Of a stretch of DNA of 32,000 nucleotides, positions 1 through 8,420 are shown piece by piece. The first letter of the stretch is position 1. Every line of letters begins with the position of its first letter. The translations under genes and the position numbers were made by a program. Origin of the DNA: Methanomassiliicoccus sp. (lineage in GTDB: Archaea; Thermoplasmatota; Thermoplasmata; Methanomassiliicoccales; Methanomassiliicoccaceae); contig JAEILR010000004.1 in NCBI GenBank assembly GCA_016109435.1, positions 16,264-48,263 of the forward strand. Reading direction: 5' to 3'. The notes below the pieces were generated by a model. It ran no database searches. It had not been told where the DNA came from and saw only the letters and a list, made by a program, of their open reading frames with translations.

Positions 1-240
1 CACGTTCCTGCCGTCCAGGTGCTTCTCTGCCGCCTCCTTCGTCCCCTTCCTGTCTTCTGGATGGACGAACTCCAAGAACGGCCTGCTCATCAGCTCCTCG
101 CGGGTCCATCCCAGGACCTTTTCCCATGACCGGTTCAGTCGTCTGTAGAAGCCGTCGAAGCCGGCGATGCACAGCATGTCCAGCGACAGTTCGAAGAAGC
201 GATCTATTTGGTTCCCGCCATCATTTGGTCCACCGAACAT
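1..240 (-). CDS. PAS-domain sensor protein, N-terminal part (gene continues past the window start)
   Basis: Reverse-strand translation from ATG at 240 gives MFGGPNDGGNQIDRFFELSLDMLCIAGFDGFYRRLNRSWEKVLGWTREELMSRPFLEFVHPEDRKGTKEAAEKHLDGRNV, a typical PAS signature. It is absent from the ORF track because the window edge truncates it. In-frame alternative starts exist at 294 (ATG) and 378 (GTG). Confidence 0.7.
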   Translation of the reverse strand, partial: MFGGPNDGGNQIDRFFELSLDMLCIAGFDGFYRRLNRSWEKVLGWTREELMSRPFLEFVHPEDRKGTKEAAEKHLDGRNV

Positions 241-562
241 GCTCTGACACCTCTGCGACCGCCGCCTCCTCTTTGACCGGGAAGGTCGCGCCATCCGGCG
301 CGTTCTCACGAAAGCCCGAGATCGCCACCGCCTCTGATCAGGGCGATGTTCCGCGGCATGTCCCTCCCCCAGCCTCACACGGTAAGGCGGACGATACGGG
401 CAAAACGGCCATCGATATATTCAACCTTTCCACCCGGTGAACGTCCCCGGTCACTGGCCGCGTGCGGCGATCTACCGGTCAGGCCTGCTGCTGTTCCCAT
501 GACCGAAGGCCACGGTCCGGCCGTTGGTTAATAGCGTCAGGCCGATGCATCGCCGATGATGC

Positions 563-572
563 TAAATTTATT
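563..572 (+). promoter_or_regulatory. TATA box for the VOC gene (leaderless transcript)
   Basis: taaatttatt is centred about 30 nt upstream of the ATG at 598, in an otherwise GC-rich spacer. Confidence 0.5.
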
Positions 573-597
573 CATTTCCGACGTGGCTCATCCCGCC

Positions 598-1408
598 ATG
601 AAGTTGATCAGCGTCCGCCTGATGGTCGATCGGTTCAATGAGTGCTTCCGCTTCTACCAGGATGATCTGGGCCTGAAGGTCAAGTGGGGAGAACTGGACG
701 GGGACTATGCCTCGTTCTCCCTGGACGGCGAGGGATATCTCTCGATCTTCAGACGGGAACTGATGGCCAGGGACGTCCGCACCGGTCACCTCCCGGCCGA
801 TGCGGTGGCTCAGGACCGCTCCGCCGTCATTCTGCAGGTCGGCGATGTGGACACCGTGTGCCGGCGCGTCGCCGAAAGAGGGGTGCGGTTCGTGAACCCG
901 CCGACGGACTACCCCGATTATCGAACGGGAGCAAGAAAGCCCACGATTTCAATCGTGGATGAATTGCGACGGAGCGGTACTTTCGGACAACCCTCCTAAA
1001 GATGTTAATATGCTCTGGGCGATGAGTTGTCAGCCACTATACTGCCGCACTTCAATGGGCGTGCAAGTTCTGGCATCGAACATGCTTCCCTCGGAAGCAT
1101 GGTTGACCACGCTGACGCCAACGCCTCGTTCAACATCGCGCTGCGTCCTTCCTCGGAAGAAGGCGCTGGTCGATTGCACCAAGACAGAGATTGGTGCAAG
1201 GGCCGCATTGATACGCCCCGAGAGGCTCCGTCATGAACGACGACGACCTCAGAATCCCACGACTGAAGGTCGTGGGAATGTCAAGGGGATAAGAGCAGCG
1301 CACCTGCGCGATCCCGATGGCAATCTCATCGAGATCAGCATGCCCATGCCCAGGGAGGGATGGACGGCGGAGCTGAAGGAGGACACCGACCGCTTCCAGA
1401 AGGGATGA
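598..1408 (+). pseudogene. VOC (glyoxalase/bleomycin-resistance/dioxygenase) family gene interrupted by a ~364-nt insertion
   Basis: The N-terminal part (598-921) reads MKLISVRLMVDRFNECFRFYQDDLGLKVKWG...GVRFVNPPTDYPDY in frame 1. It then runs into unrelated residues and a TAA at 997-999. The conserved VOC C-terminus GIRAAHLRDPDGNLIEISMP... is in frame 2 from 1286 to the stop at 1408. Deleting 922-1285 (364 nt, 1 mod 3) rejoins the frames. Confidence 0.8.
922..1285 (+). mobile_element. Non-autonomous IS200/IS605-like element (PATE-type), ORF-less and highly structured; boundaries +/-3 nt
   Basis: It interrupts the VOC gene and is visibly lower in GC than its flanks. It has no TIR, no TSD and no credible ORF. 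Two similar same-strand subterminal hairpins are present: 941-958 (CCACGAT-ttca-ATCGTGG, 19 nt from the left junction) and 1256-1276 (CCCACGAC-tgaag-GTCGTGGG, 9 nt from the right junction). The left flank ends TTAT and the element ends TCAAG. Confidence 0.6.
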
Positions 1409-1445
1409 GCCTCACGATCCGGTCTCATCACGGTCCGCGGCCTGG

Positions 1446-2117
1446 TCAGTGGCGGGGGAACCATAGGTCGAGCTGTTTATCCAGCGCGGCGAAAGTGCTC
1501 TCCAGCATGTACGTGTCGCCGTGGATTGCTCCTTCTATCCTGACCGCGTTCCGCCCCAGGGCCTTCAGCGCATCACCCGACTCCACGATCTCCGGGACGT
1601 CGCGGGAGCCGTAGATGACCATGGTGCGCTCGCTGCCCTCCTCCCGATAGGCGGGGAGGGTCCTCAGGAAGTCGAACACCGTATCCGGGTCGTCCGGCCG
1701 GACGCGGTAGCTCCTGAGCTTCTGGAGCAGCTCCCTGGTCCTTACGCAGTAGCTGGGGTCAAGGGGAGGGGAGATGCCGACCGCGAAGTCGGCCTCGCTG
1801 ATCAGGGCAAGCCGTCCCCCCAGGGAATGACCGATGGCCACCACCCGGCCGAACCGGCGGCAGTGGGCCACGGCGGCATCGACGTCGGTGAGCACCCCGG
1901 CGTCCAGGGGTAAAGGGTGCTGGCCGTGCCCCCTCAGGTCGATGGCGCAGGCGGCGAGACCTGCTTCCGCGATCCTGAACGCCAGCCCGAGCTGCTCCTC
2001 CTTGCATCCGCCGTAGCCATGGGAGATCACCGCCGCGCCCCGCGGAGCGGGCGGAACGATGATGATGGCCGGGATGATGTGGCCCCCCTTTCTGATATCA
2101 GCTCGTTGCACGTCCAT
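1446..2117 (-). CDS. alpha/beta hydrolase (dienelactone-hydrolase-like serine hydrolase)
   Basis: It contains VISHGYGG...IDLRGHGQH and the nucleophile elbow GHSLGG. I chose the start at the internal ATG (MDVQRADIRKGG...) rather than the long Arg/Pro-rich extension to 2279. Confidence 0.75.
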   Translation of the reverse strand: MDVQRADIRKGGHIIPAIIIVPPAPRGAAVISHGYGGCKEEQLGLAFRIAEAGLAACAIDLRGHGQHPLPLDAGVLTDVDAAVAHCRRFGRVVAIGHSLGGRLALISEADFAVGISPPLDPSYCVRTRELLQKLRSYRVRPDDPDTVFDFLRTLPAYREEGSERTMVIYGSRDVPEIVESGDALKALGRNAVRIEGAIHGDTYMLESTFAALDKQLDLWFPRH

Positions 2118-2277
2118 GCTATCTGTGGTACGGAGGATGGCCTTGGAGCGATAAGAACCTGGCAGTCTCGCGGTCCATGCTGGCATCGGCGAACGCTCCC
2201 GCACGGTCGAAAGCGGTGGCCGTGTGCCGGACCCCCTCGCCGGCCCGAGGCGCGGGGACAGGTCTCCTCTCCGCTCC

Positions 2278-2288
2278 ATTAATATAAT
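2278..2288 (+). promoter_or_regulatory. TATA box for the UbiD-family gene (leaderless)
   Basis: attaatataat is centred about 26 nt upstream of the ATG at 2309. Confidence 0.5.
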
Positions 2289-2308
2289 GCTATGGGTGAT
2301 TACCGGCC

Positions 2309-3571
2309 ATGGCCCTGCGCAATCTTCTCGCTCAGATGACCGATGCCATCACCGTCGAACAGGACGTCCCTCTGGACCTCGAGGTCTCCAAGGTCCTGAT
2401 GAAGGACCAGACCCGGCCGGTCATGTTCACCAACCTCAACGGCATGCGGGCCGCGGGCAACATATGGTCCACCCGGGAGAGGATCGCCGGGGCGATGAAG
2501 ATCCGTAAGGAGGACCTCATCCCCAAGATGCTGGAAGCGATGTCCTTCCCCTCCGCGCCGAAGCTGGTGGGCGACGCGCCGTTCATGGACGACGTGCGCA
2601 CCGAGTTCGACCTGACCAAGTTGCCGATACCCAAGTACTTCCCCGGGGACAAGGGGAGGTACATAACCTCCGCGGTGGCGGTGGCCGAGCACGAGGGGAA
2701 GCGGAACGTGTCGTTCCACCGCATGTATCTTCGCGATGAGCGGTCCTTCGCCCTGCGTCTGGTGCCCAGGCACCTGTACACTATGTGGAAGAGCATGACC
2801 GCGAGGGGCAGGGACCTCCCGGTGGCCTTCACCATGGGCCTGTGCCCGCCCATCCTCCTGGCCGCGGCTACCTCGACCGATTACGGCACCGATGAGATGT
2901 ACATCGCCTCCTCGCTCAAGGAGAGGACCCTGGGAACGCCGCTGGAGGTGGCCAAGATCGACAACGGTCTGGCCGTGCCGGCGCAAGCGGAGATCGTGTT
3001 CGAGGGAAGGATCACCTCTCAGATGGTGGACGAGGGGCCGTTCATGGACATCACCGGCACCTACGATTCCGTGCGGCCAGCGCCGGTGTTCGAGGTCGAC
3101 CGCCTGTACATGCGCAAGGACCCGGTGTTCCACCTCCTCCTTCCGGGTGGTTACGAGCACTACATGATGATGGGGCTGCCACGCGAACCGATCATCTACC
3201 GCACCGTGAACCAGGTCGTGCCCCGCGTCCACGGCGTCAGGCTGACCGAAGGCGGCTGCTGCTGGCTTCATGGCGTGGTGTCCATCACCAAGAACAAGGA
3301 AGGGGACGGCATCAACGCGGCCATGGCCGCGTTCTCCGGCCATCCGTCGATGAAGAAAGTCACCATCGTGGACCACGACATCAACATCTTCGACGATCGC
3401 GAGGTCGAATGGGCCGAGGCAACCAGGTTCCAGGCCGCCCGCTCTCTGATGGTGGTCAACAACGCCGCCGGTTCCTCCCTGGACCCCAGCTCCGAGGGCA
3501 CGACGTCGAAGGTCGCGATAGACGCCACCAAGCCGTTCGGGGCCAAGGGCTTCGACCGTGCCGTTCTGTGA
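2309..3571 (+). CDS. UbiD-family (prFMN-dependent) decarboxylase
   Basis: This 420-aa protein carries UbiD hallmarks: GRYITSAVAVAEHEGKRNVSFHRM, EGPFMDITGTYD and TIVDHDINIFDDREVEWA. Its size class matches archaeal UbiD-like enzymes such as anhydromevalonate-phosphate decarboxylase. The substrate cannot be assigned. Confidence 0.8.
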   Translation: MALRNLLAQMTDAITVEQDVPLDLEVSKVLMKDQTRPVMFTNLNGMRAAGNIWSTRERIAGAMKIRKEDLIPKMLEAMSFPSAPKLVGDAPFMDDVRTEFDLTKLPIPKYFPGDKGRYITSAVAVAEHEGKRNVSFHRMYLRDERSFALRLVPRHLYTMWKSMTARGRDLPVAFTMGLCPPILLAAATSTDYGTDEMYIASSLKERTLGTPLEVAKIDNGLAVPAQAEIVFEGRITSQMVDEGPFMDITGTYDSVRPAPVFEVDRLYMRKDPVFHLLLPGGYEHYMMMGLPREPIIYRTVNQVVPRVHGVRLTEGGCCWLHGVVSITKNKEGDGINAAMAAFSGHPSMKKVTIVDHDINIFDDREVEWAEATRFQAARSLMVVNNAAGSSLDPSSEGTTSKVAIDATKPFGAKGFDRAVL

Positions 3572-3739
3572 GCTGCGGCCGGGCGGCCCATTTGCGGCCG
3601 GCGCCGTCATCACCCCCCGCTCGCCCGATGCGCCCGTCCCGCGCTGACGTACGGTGCGGTTCATATATCCGAAGCGGTCAAGAAAGGTCCGTTCCGGACG
3701 GATGATCCTTCGACCATCCGGTCCGACGGAGGCTGGGCG

Positions 3740-4726
3740 ATGAAGATGGTCTTCACCGAGGTGATGGGTTACCAGGAGATGCTGCGGACCGCGTTCCCCC
3801 ATGACGAGCTGGTGATGTTCGACGGGCCACTCAGCGAGGAGGAGCTTGTCAGGGAGGCCAAGAATGCCAGGGTCCTGTCGGTGTTCATCCGTACCAGGAT
3901 CGACGAGGAGGTCATCGACCGCCTGCCCAAGCTGGCGATGATCAATACCAGGAGCGTGGGGTTCGACCATATCGCCGCCGGATATGCGGTGGGCAGGGGC
4001 ATAGCCGTCACCCACGTCCCCGACTACGGCCCGCACGTGGTGGCGGAACACGTGTTCTGCCTCCTGCTGGCATGCGCCAGGGACCTCATCGCCGCGGACC
4101 GCTCGGTGCGCAAGGAGAAGAGGTTCGACTTCGAACCGTTCATGGGGCTGGAGCTGAAGGACAAGGTCCTGGGGGTGATCGGCACCGGCAAGATCGGCGC
4201 GGAGGTCGTCCGCATCGCCCAGGGGTTCGGGATGACCGTGGTGGCGTTCGACATCGTTAGGAACGAGAAACTGGCTAGGAAGTACGGCTTTTCCTACATG
4301 TCCCTCGACGAGGTCCTCGATCTGAGCGACTTTGTCACCATACACGTGCCCCTCACCCCGGACACCGAGAACCTCATCGACCGGGACGCGCTGGCGAGGA
4401 TGAAGCGGGGCAGCATCCTCATCAACACTTCCAGGGGCAGTATAGTCGACGAGCACGCGCTCAGGGAGGCCCTGGACATGGGCCATCTGGCCGGGGCCGG
4501 GCTGGATGTGATCTCGGACGAGTCGGACCCGGCCGGGGATCCCATGGTCGGCGCGGAAGGAACGATTATCACACCCCACATCGCCTTCTACACTCGGGAA
4601 TCGCTTTCCAGGATGTTCGACAGGTCCATCGAGACCATCCGTTCGTTCACCGCCGGCAAGAGGATCAACGAGGTCCCCCGCGAATACATGGGGAGAGCGA
4701 GGGTTCCCGCCGCTCCACATGATTGA
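3740..4726 (+). CDS. D-isomer-specific 2-hydroxyacid dehydrogenase (NAD-binding)
   Basis: It has the Rossmann motif GVIGTGKIGAEVVRIAQGFGMTVVAFD and the catalytic region INTSRGSIVDEHAL...GLDV...TPHIAF. A GGAGG lies 7 nt upstream of the ATG. Confidence 0.85.
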   Translation: MKMVFTEVMGYQEMLRTAFPHDELVMFDGPLSEEELVREAKNARVLSVFIRTRIDEEVIDRLPKLAMINTRSVGFDHIAAGYAVGRGIAVTHVPDYGPHVVAEHVFCLLLACARDLIAADRSVRKEKRFDFEPFMGLELKDKVLGVIGTGKIGAEVVRIAQGFGMTVVAFDIVRNEKLARKYGFSYMSLDEVLDLSDFVTIHVPLTPDTENLIDRDALARMKRGSILINTSRGSIVDEHALREALDMGHLAGAGLDVISDESDPAGDPMVGAEGTIITPHIAFYTRESLSRMFDRSIETIRSFTAGKRINEVPREYMGRARVPAAPHD

Positions 4727-4794
4727 GGACCGACCCGCTTCATTCTCATCGCCCCCTCGTCGTCGATCGAAGTGATCTCCGGGGTGAGGGCCTA

Positions 4795-4853
4795 ATTTAT
4801 TCACAATAATATAATTATATTTAGTATTTTTAGACCCATTCAGAAACGTTTTT
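4795..4853 (+). promoter_or_regulatory. AT-rich spacer holding oligo-T terminator(s) for the upstream gene and TATA box(es) for gap
   Basis: The sequence is ctaatttattcacaataatataattatatttagtattttt..., with T5 runs at 4827-4831 and 4849-4853. It is the only strongly AT-rich block in the window. GGAGGGA lies just upstream of the gap ATG. Confidence 0.45.
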
Positions 4854-4902
4854 AACGAGCCCCCTTCAATCTGAACTCAGCATGTTATGATGGAGGGATA
4901 AG

Positions 4903-5949
4903 ATGGTTACGAACATTGCGATCAATGGCATGGGCCGCATCGGGCGGATAATCACCAGGCGCTACCTGACCGACCCTCCGGCAGGCATCCGGCTAGTAGC
5001 GGCGAACGACCTGTTCCCAACCGAGGACATCGCCTACCTGATGCGTTACGATTCGGTGCACGGCAGAGCGCCGTTCCCGGTCGAGCATGGTGCGAACGCC
5101 CTACACTTCGGCTCACGCGAGGTCGTGGTGTTCGGAGAGAAGGACCCGGCGGACATCCCCTGGAGGGACCTCGACGTGGACATCGTGCTGGAATGCACCG
5201 GGGCTTTCAGGGACCGGGAGAATGCGGCCAGACACCTGGAGGCCGGCGCGTCCAAGGTGATATTGAGCGCGCCGTCGGACAGCGCGGACCTCAGCATGGT
5301 CATGGGCGTGAACGAGAACATGTACGATCCGTCGAAGCATCACATCGTTTCCGCGGCCTCGTGCACCACCAACTCCCTCGCTCCGGTGGCCAAGGTCCTC
5401 AACGACTCGTTCGGCGTCGAGCTGATGATGGCCACCACCGTGCACGCGTACACCTCCAGCCAGAAGCTGGTGGACGGACCGGCCAGGAAGATCAGGAGGG
5501 GCAGGGCGGCGGCGGTGTCCCTTGTCCCCACCAGCACCGGGGCGGCCAACGCCACGGTGAGGACCATTCCCGAGCTGGAGGGTAAGATGTTCGCCACCGC
5601 CATCCGCGCGCCGATCCCCGACGGGGCGCTCACCGATATCACCGCCCTGCTGCGGCAGGACGTCACCGAGCAGAGCGTCAACGCGGCCCTGCAGGCCGCG
5701 GCCGGAGGGGCCATGAAGAACATTATGGGCTTCAGCGAGGACGAGCTGGTCTCCGCGGACATCATCACCGACCCGCACTCCGCGGTCATCGATTCGAGGT
5801 CCACCAAAGTGATCGGCGACCGTATGGTGAAGGTCCTGGCCTGGTACGACAACGAGTACGGCTTCTCCTGCCGCATGCTGGACATGGCCTCGTTCATGGC
5901 CGGGAAGGGAGGGCTGAAGGAAGCGAGGAAGGAGAAGGTCCCGGCCTGA
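4903..5949 (+). CDS. gap: type I (bacterial/eukaryotic-type) glyceraldehyde-3-phosphate dehydrogenase
   Basis: Motifs are INGMGRIGR, the active site ASCTTNSLAP, and WYDNEYGFSCRM. Confidence 0.92.
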   Translation: MVTNIAINGMGRIGRIITRRYLTDPPAGIRLVAANDLFPTEDIAYLMRYDSVHGRAPFPVEHGANALHFGSREVVVFGEKDPADIPWRDLDVDIVLECTGAFRDRENAARHLEAGASKVILSAPSDSADLSMVMGVNENMYDPSKHHIVSAASCTTNSLAPVAKVLNDSFGVELMMATTVHAYTSSQKLVDGPARKIRRGRAAAVSLVPTSTGAANATVRTIPELEGKMFATAIRAPIPDGALTDITALLRQDVTEQSVNAALQAAAGGAMKNIMGFSEDELVSADIITDPHSAVIDSRSTKVIGDRMVKVLAWYDNEYGFSCRMLDMASFMAGKGGLKEARKEKVPA

Positions 5950-5972
5950 GGGGGCCGCTGGGGGGAGGGAAG

Positions 5973-8420
5973 ATGATGCGCGAGGCTGGGAAGCAGGAGC
6001 GGACAGCGGGCCGGGGGTCCGAACACATACGCTGGTTCAGCGACATCCGGATGGAGGACGTGCCCATCGTCGGCGGCAAGAACGCCTCCCTGGGGGAGAT
6101 GTACCGGGAACTTACGAGCAAAGGGGTCAGGATTCCCAACGGGTTCGCCGTCACCGCCGACGGCTACCGCCACATGCTCTCCGCGACCGGCATCAGGGAC
6201 CGGTTGGGAAGCACCCTGGAGGGCGTGAGCAAGGAGGACCTGCCGGACCTGGCGGCCAGGGGGAAGAGGGCTAGGGACCTGATCCTGGGCGCGGGTATCC
6301 CGGACGACCTATGGATCGAGATCAGGGAGGCCTACGACCGGCTGTGCGACGAGTACGGCGAAAACACCGACGTGGCGGTCCGCTCCAGCGCGACCGCCGA
6401 GGACCTGCCCAACGCCTCCTTCGCCGGGCAGCAGGAGACCTACCTGAACGTTCGTGGCCATCCCGCGCTGAGGGAGGCCTGCGCCAAGTGCTTCGCCTCC
6501 CTCTTCACCGACCGGGCCATCTCCTACCGCATCGACCAGGGGTTTGGCCAGTTCGACGTCGCCCTCTCCATCGGAGTGATGAAGATGGTGCGCTCCGATC
6601 TCGCCTCCAGCGGCGTCATGTTCACTCTGGACACTGAGACCGGTTTCCGTGACGTGGTGTTCGTGACCGCCTCCTACGGGTTGGGGGAGAACATCGTCCA
6701 GGGTGCGGTGGACCCCGACGAATATTACGTGTTCAAGCCGACCTTGCGCAACGGTCACGAGCCGATCATCAAGAAGGAGGTCGGGGGGAAAGAGAAGAAG
6801 CTCATCTATGGCCACGGGGGGACGAAGGATATGACCCGCAACGTGGAGGTGCCCCAGGAGGACAGGGAACGCTTCTGCCTGACCGACCGGGAGGTCCTGG
6901 ACCTCGCCAGATACGCCATGACCATTGAGGATTATTATTCCGCCAAGTTCGGTCACGAGATGCCGATGGACATCGAGTGGGCCAAGGACGGGGTCAGCGG
7001 GGAACTGTTCATCGTCCAGTCCCGGCCGGAAACGGTGCAATCACAGAAACCCCAGGACGTTCTGGAAACCTACATGCTGGAGGAACAGGGGGAGGTGCTG
7101 GTGCGCGGGCACAGCGTGGGAACGAAGATCGCCTCGGGGAAGGCCAGGGTGATCACCGACATCTCCCAGCTGCCCTCCTTCCGGCCGGGGGAGATACTCA
7201 TCTCCGACAGCACCACCCCGGACTGGGAGCCAGTGATGAAGATCGCCGCGGCCATCGTGACCAATCTCGGAGGGCGTACCTCTCACGCGGCCATCGTCAG
7301 CCGGGAGTTGGGCATACCGGCGGTGGTAGGGACCGATAACGCCACTCGGAAGCTCCATGATGGCGACGCCATCACGGTGAGCTGTGCCGAGGGCGATGAC
7401 GGTTTCGTCTACAGGGGCGCGCTCCCGTTCAGGGTCGAGCGCACCAGCCTCGCCGACCTCCGCCGGCCTAGGACGGAGATGATGATGAACCTGGGCAATC
7501 CCGACGAGGCGTTCTCCAGGTCGTTCATCCCCAACGACGGGGTCGGCCTGGCCAGGCTGGAGTTCATCATCGGCAGCTACATCCGGGTACACCCCATGGC
7601 CCTGCTGCACCCGGACCGGGTGGAAGAGGAGGAAAGGAAGGAGATAGACCGCCTCACCTCCGCCTACGCCGACAAGCCCATGTACTTCGTGGAAAAGCTG
7701 GCCCAGGGGATCGCCACCATCGCTGCGGCGTTCTATCCCAAGGAGGTGGTCGTGCGGATGAGCGACCTGAAGACCAACGAGTACGCCAGCCTGCTCGGCG
7801 GACGGGCCTTCGAGCCAGTGGAGAACAATCCCATGCTCGGGTTCAGGGGAGCGTCCCGGTACTACTCGGACCGCTACAGGGAAGGGTTCGGCCTGGAGTG
7901 CAAGGCCATCAAGATCGTCCGGGAACGGATGGGCCTGACCAACGTCGTTCCCATGGTCCCCTTCTGCCGGACGATCGACGAGGCGAGGAAGGTCGTCGAG
8001 GAGATGAAGGGCAGGGGTCTGGAAAGGGGGGTGGACGGCCTGAAACTGTTCATCATGTGCGAGGTCCCCAACAACGTCCTGCTGATTGACCGGTTCAGCG
8101 AGCACTTCGACGGCTTCTCCATCGGTTCCAACGACCTTACCCAGCTGGTCCTGGGGATAGACCGGGACTCCGAGATACTGGCCGAAGAGTTCGACGAGAG
8201 GGACCCCGGGGTCTTGATGGCCATGGCCATGGCCGTCAAGGGGGCCAAGAGCAATGGGAGGCACAGCGGGATCTGCGGGCAGGCCCCCAGCGACTACCCA
8301 GAGATAGCCGAGTTCCTGGTGCGGGAGGGTATCGACTCGATCTCCGTGGACCCCGAGACGCTGATGAAGATCACCCTCAAGGTGCTGAAGATGGAGGACA
8401 GGCTGAAGGACGGGACATGA
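5973..8420 (+). CDS. ppsA: phosphoenolpyruvate synthase (pyruvate, water dikinase)
   Basis: This 815-aa protein has VGGKNASLGEM, VAVRSSATAEDLPNASFAGQQETYLNV, the phospho-His region GGRTSHAAIVSRELGIPAVVG and a C-terminal PEP-utilising domain. GGGGGAGGGA lies upstream of the start. Confidence 0.95.
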   Translation: MMREAGKQERTAGRGSEHIRWFSDIRMEDVPIVGGKNASLGEMYRELTSKGVRIPNGFAVTADGYRHMLSATGIRDRLGSTLEGVSKEDLPDLAARGKRARDLILGAGIPDDLWIEIREAYDRLCDEYGENTDVAVRSSATAEDLPNASFAGQQETYLNVRGHPALREACAKCFASLFTDRAISYRIDQGFGQFDVALSIGVMKMVRSDLASSGVMFTLDTETGFRDVVFVTASYGLGENIVQGAVDPDEYYVFKPTLRNGHEPIIKKEVGGKEKKLIYGHGGTKDMTRNVEVPQEDRERFCLTDREVLDLARYAMTIEDYYSAKFGHEMPMDIEWAKDGVSGELFIVQSRPETVQSQKPQDVLETYMLEEQGEVLVRGHSVGTKIASGKARVITDISQLPSFRPGEILISDSTTPDWEPVMKIAAAIVTNLGGRTSHAAIVSRELGIPAVVGTDNATRKLHDGDAITVSCAEGDDGFVYRGALPFRVERTSLADLRRPRTEMMMNLGNPDEAFSRSFIPNDGVGLARLEFIIGSYIRVHPMALLHPDRVEEEERKEIDRLTSAYADKPMYFVEKLAQGIATIAAAFYPKEVVVRMSDLKTNEYASLLGGRAFEPVENNPMLGFRGASRYYSDRYREGFGLECKAIKIVRERMGLTNVVPMVPFCRTIDEARKVVEEMKGRGLERGVDGLKLFIMCEVPNNVLLIDRFSEHFDGFSIGSNDLTQLVLGIDRDSEILAEEFDERDPGVLMAMAMAVKGAKSNGRHSGICGQAPSDYPEIAEFLVREGIDSISVDPETLMKITLKVLKMEDRLKDGT

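Noticed and set aside
126-531. Plus-strand ORFs 126-440 and 346-531 upstream of the VOC gene.
   Set aside because: Their translations are Arg/Ser/Pro-rich with no motifs. They overlap the 5' end and upstream region of the minus-strand PAS gene, whose translation is clearly protein-like.
922-1285. Intein or programmed frameshift as the explanation for the split VOC gene.
   Set aside because: The insert is not a multiple of 3 and carries a stop codon in the upstream frame (TAA 997-999), so it cannot be an intein. A 364-nt gap is far beyond any frameshift or bypass mechanism that I know of.
959-1408. A 149-aa ORF covers most of the insertion and the VOC C-terminus.
   Set aside because: Only its last ~40 residues (GIRAAHLRDPDGNLIEI...) are protein-like, and they belong to the interrupted VOC gene. 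The upstream part is a fortuitous open frame through the structured insert.
2058-2095. A C/D-box-like string: ATGATGA ... GATGATG ... CTGA on the plus strand.
   Set aside because: It lies inside the hydrolase coding region and is the complement of Ile-rich codons (IIIVPP). There is no D' box, the C/C' spacing is wrong and there is no closing stem.
2300-4804. An 834-aa ORF on the minus strand spans the UbiD and 2-hydroxyacid dehydrogenase genes. Similar long antisense ORFs occur at 5340-6173, 7041-8264, 12785-14170, 14508-15371, 17663-18595, 20676-21605, 21844-22749, 22395-23402, 23366-24649, 25569-26315, 27606-28469 and 29598-30578.
   Set aside because: These are shadow ORFs typical of high-GC DNA. 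Their translations are Arg/Gly/Pro/His-rich with no recognisable domains, and each lies opposite or out of frame to a gene with strong family motifs.
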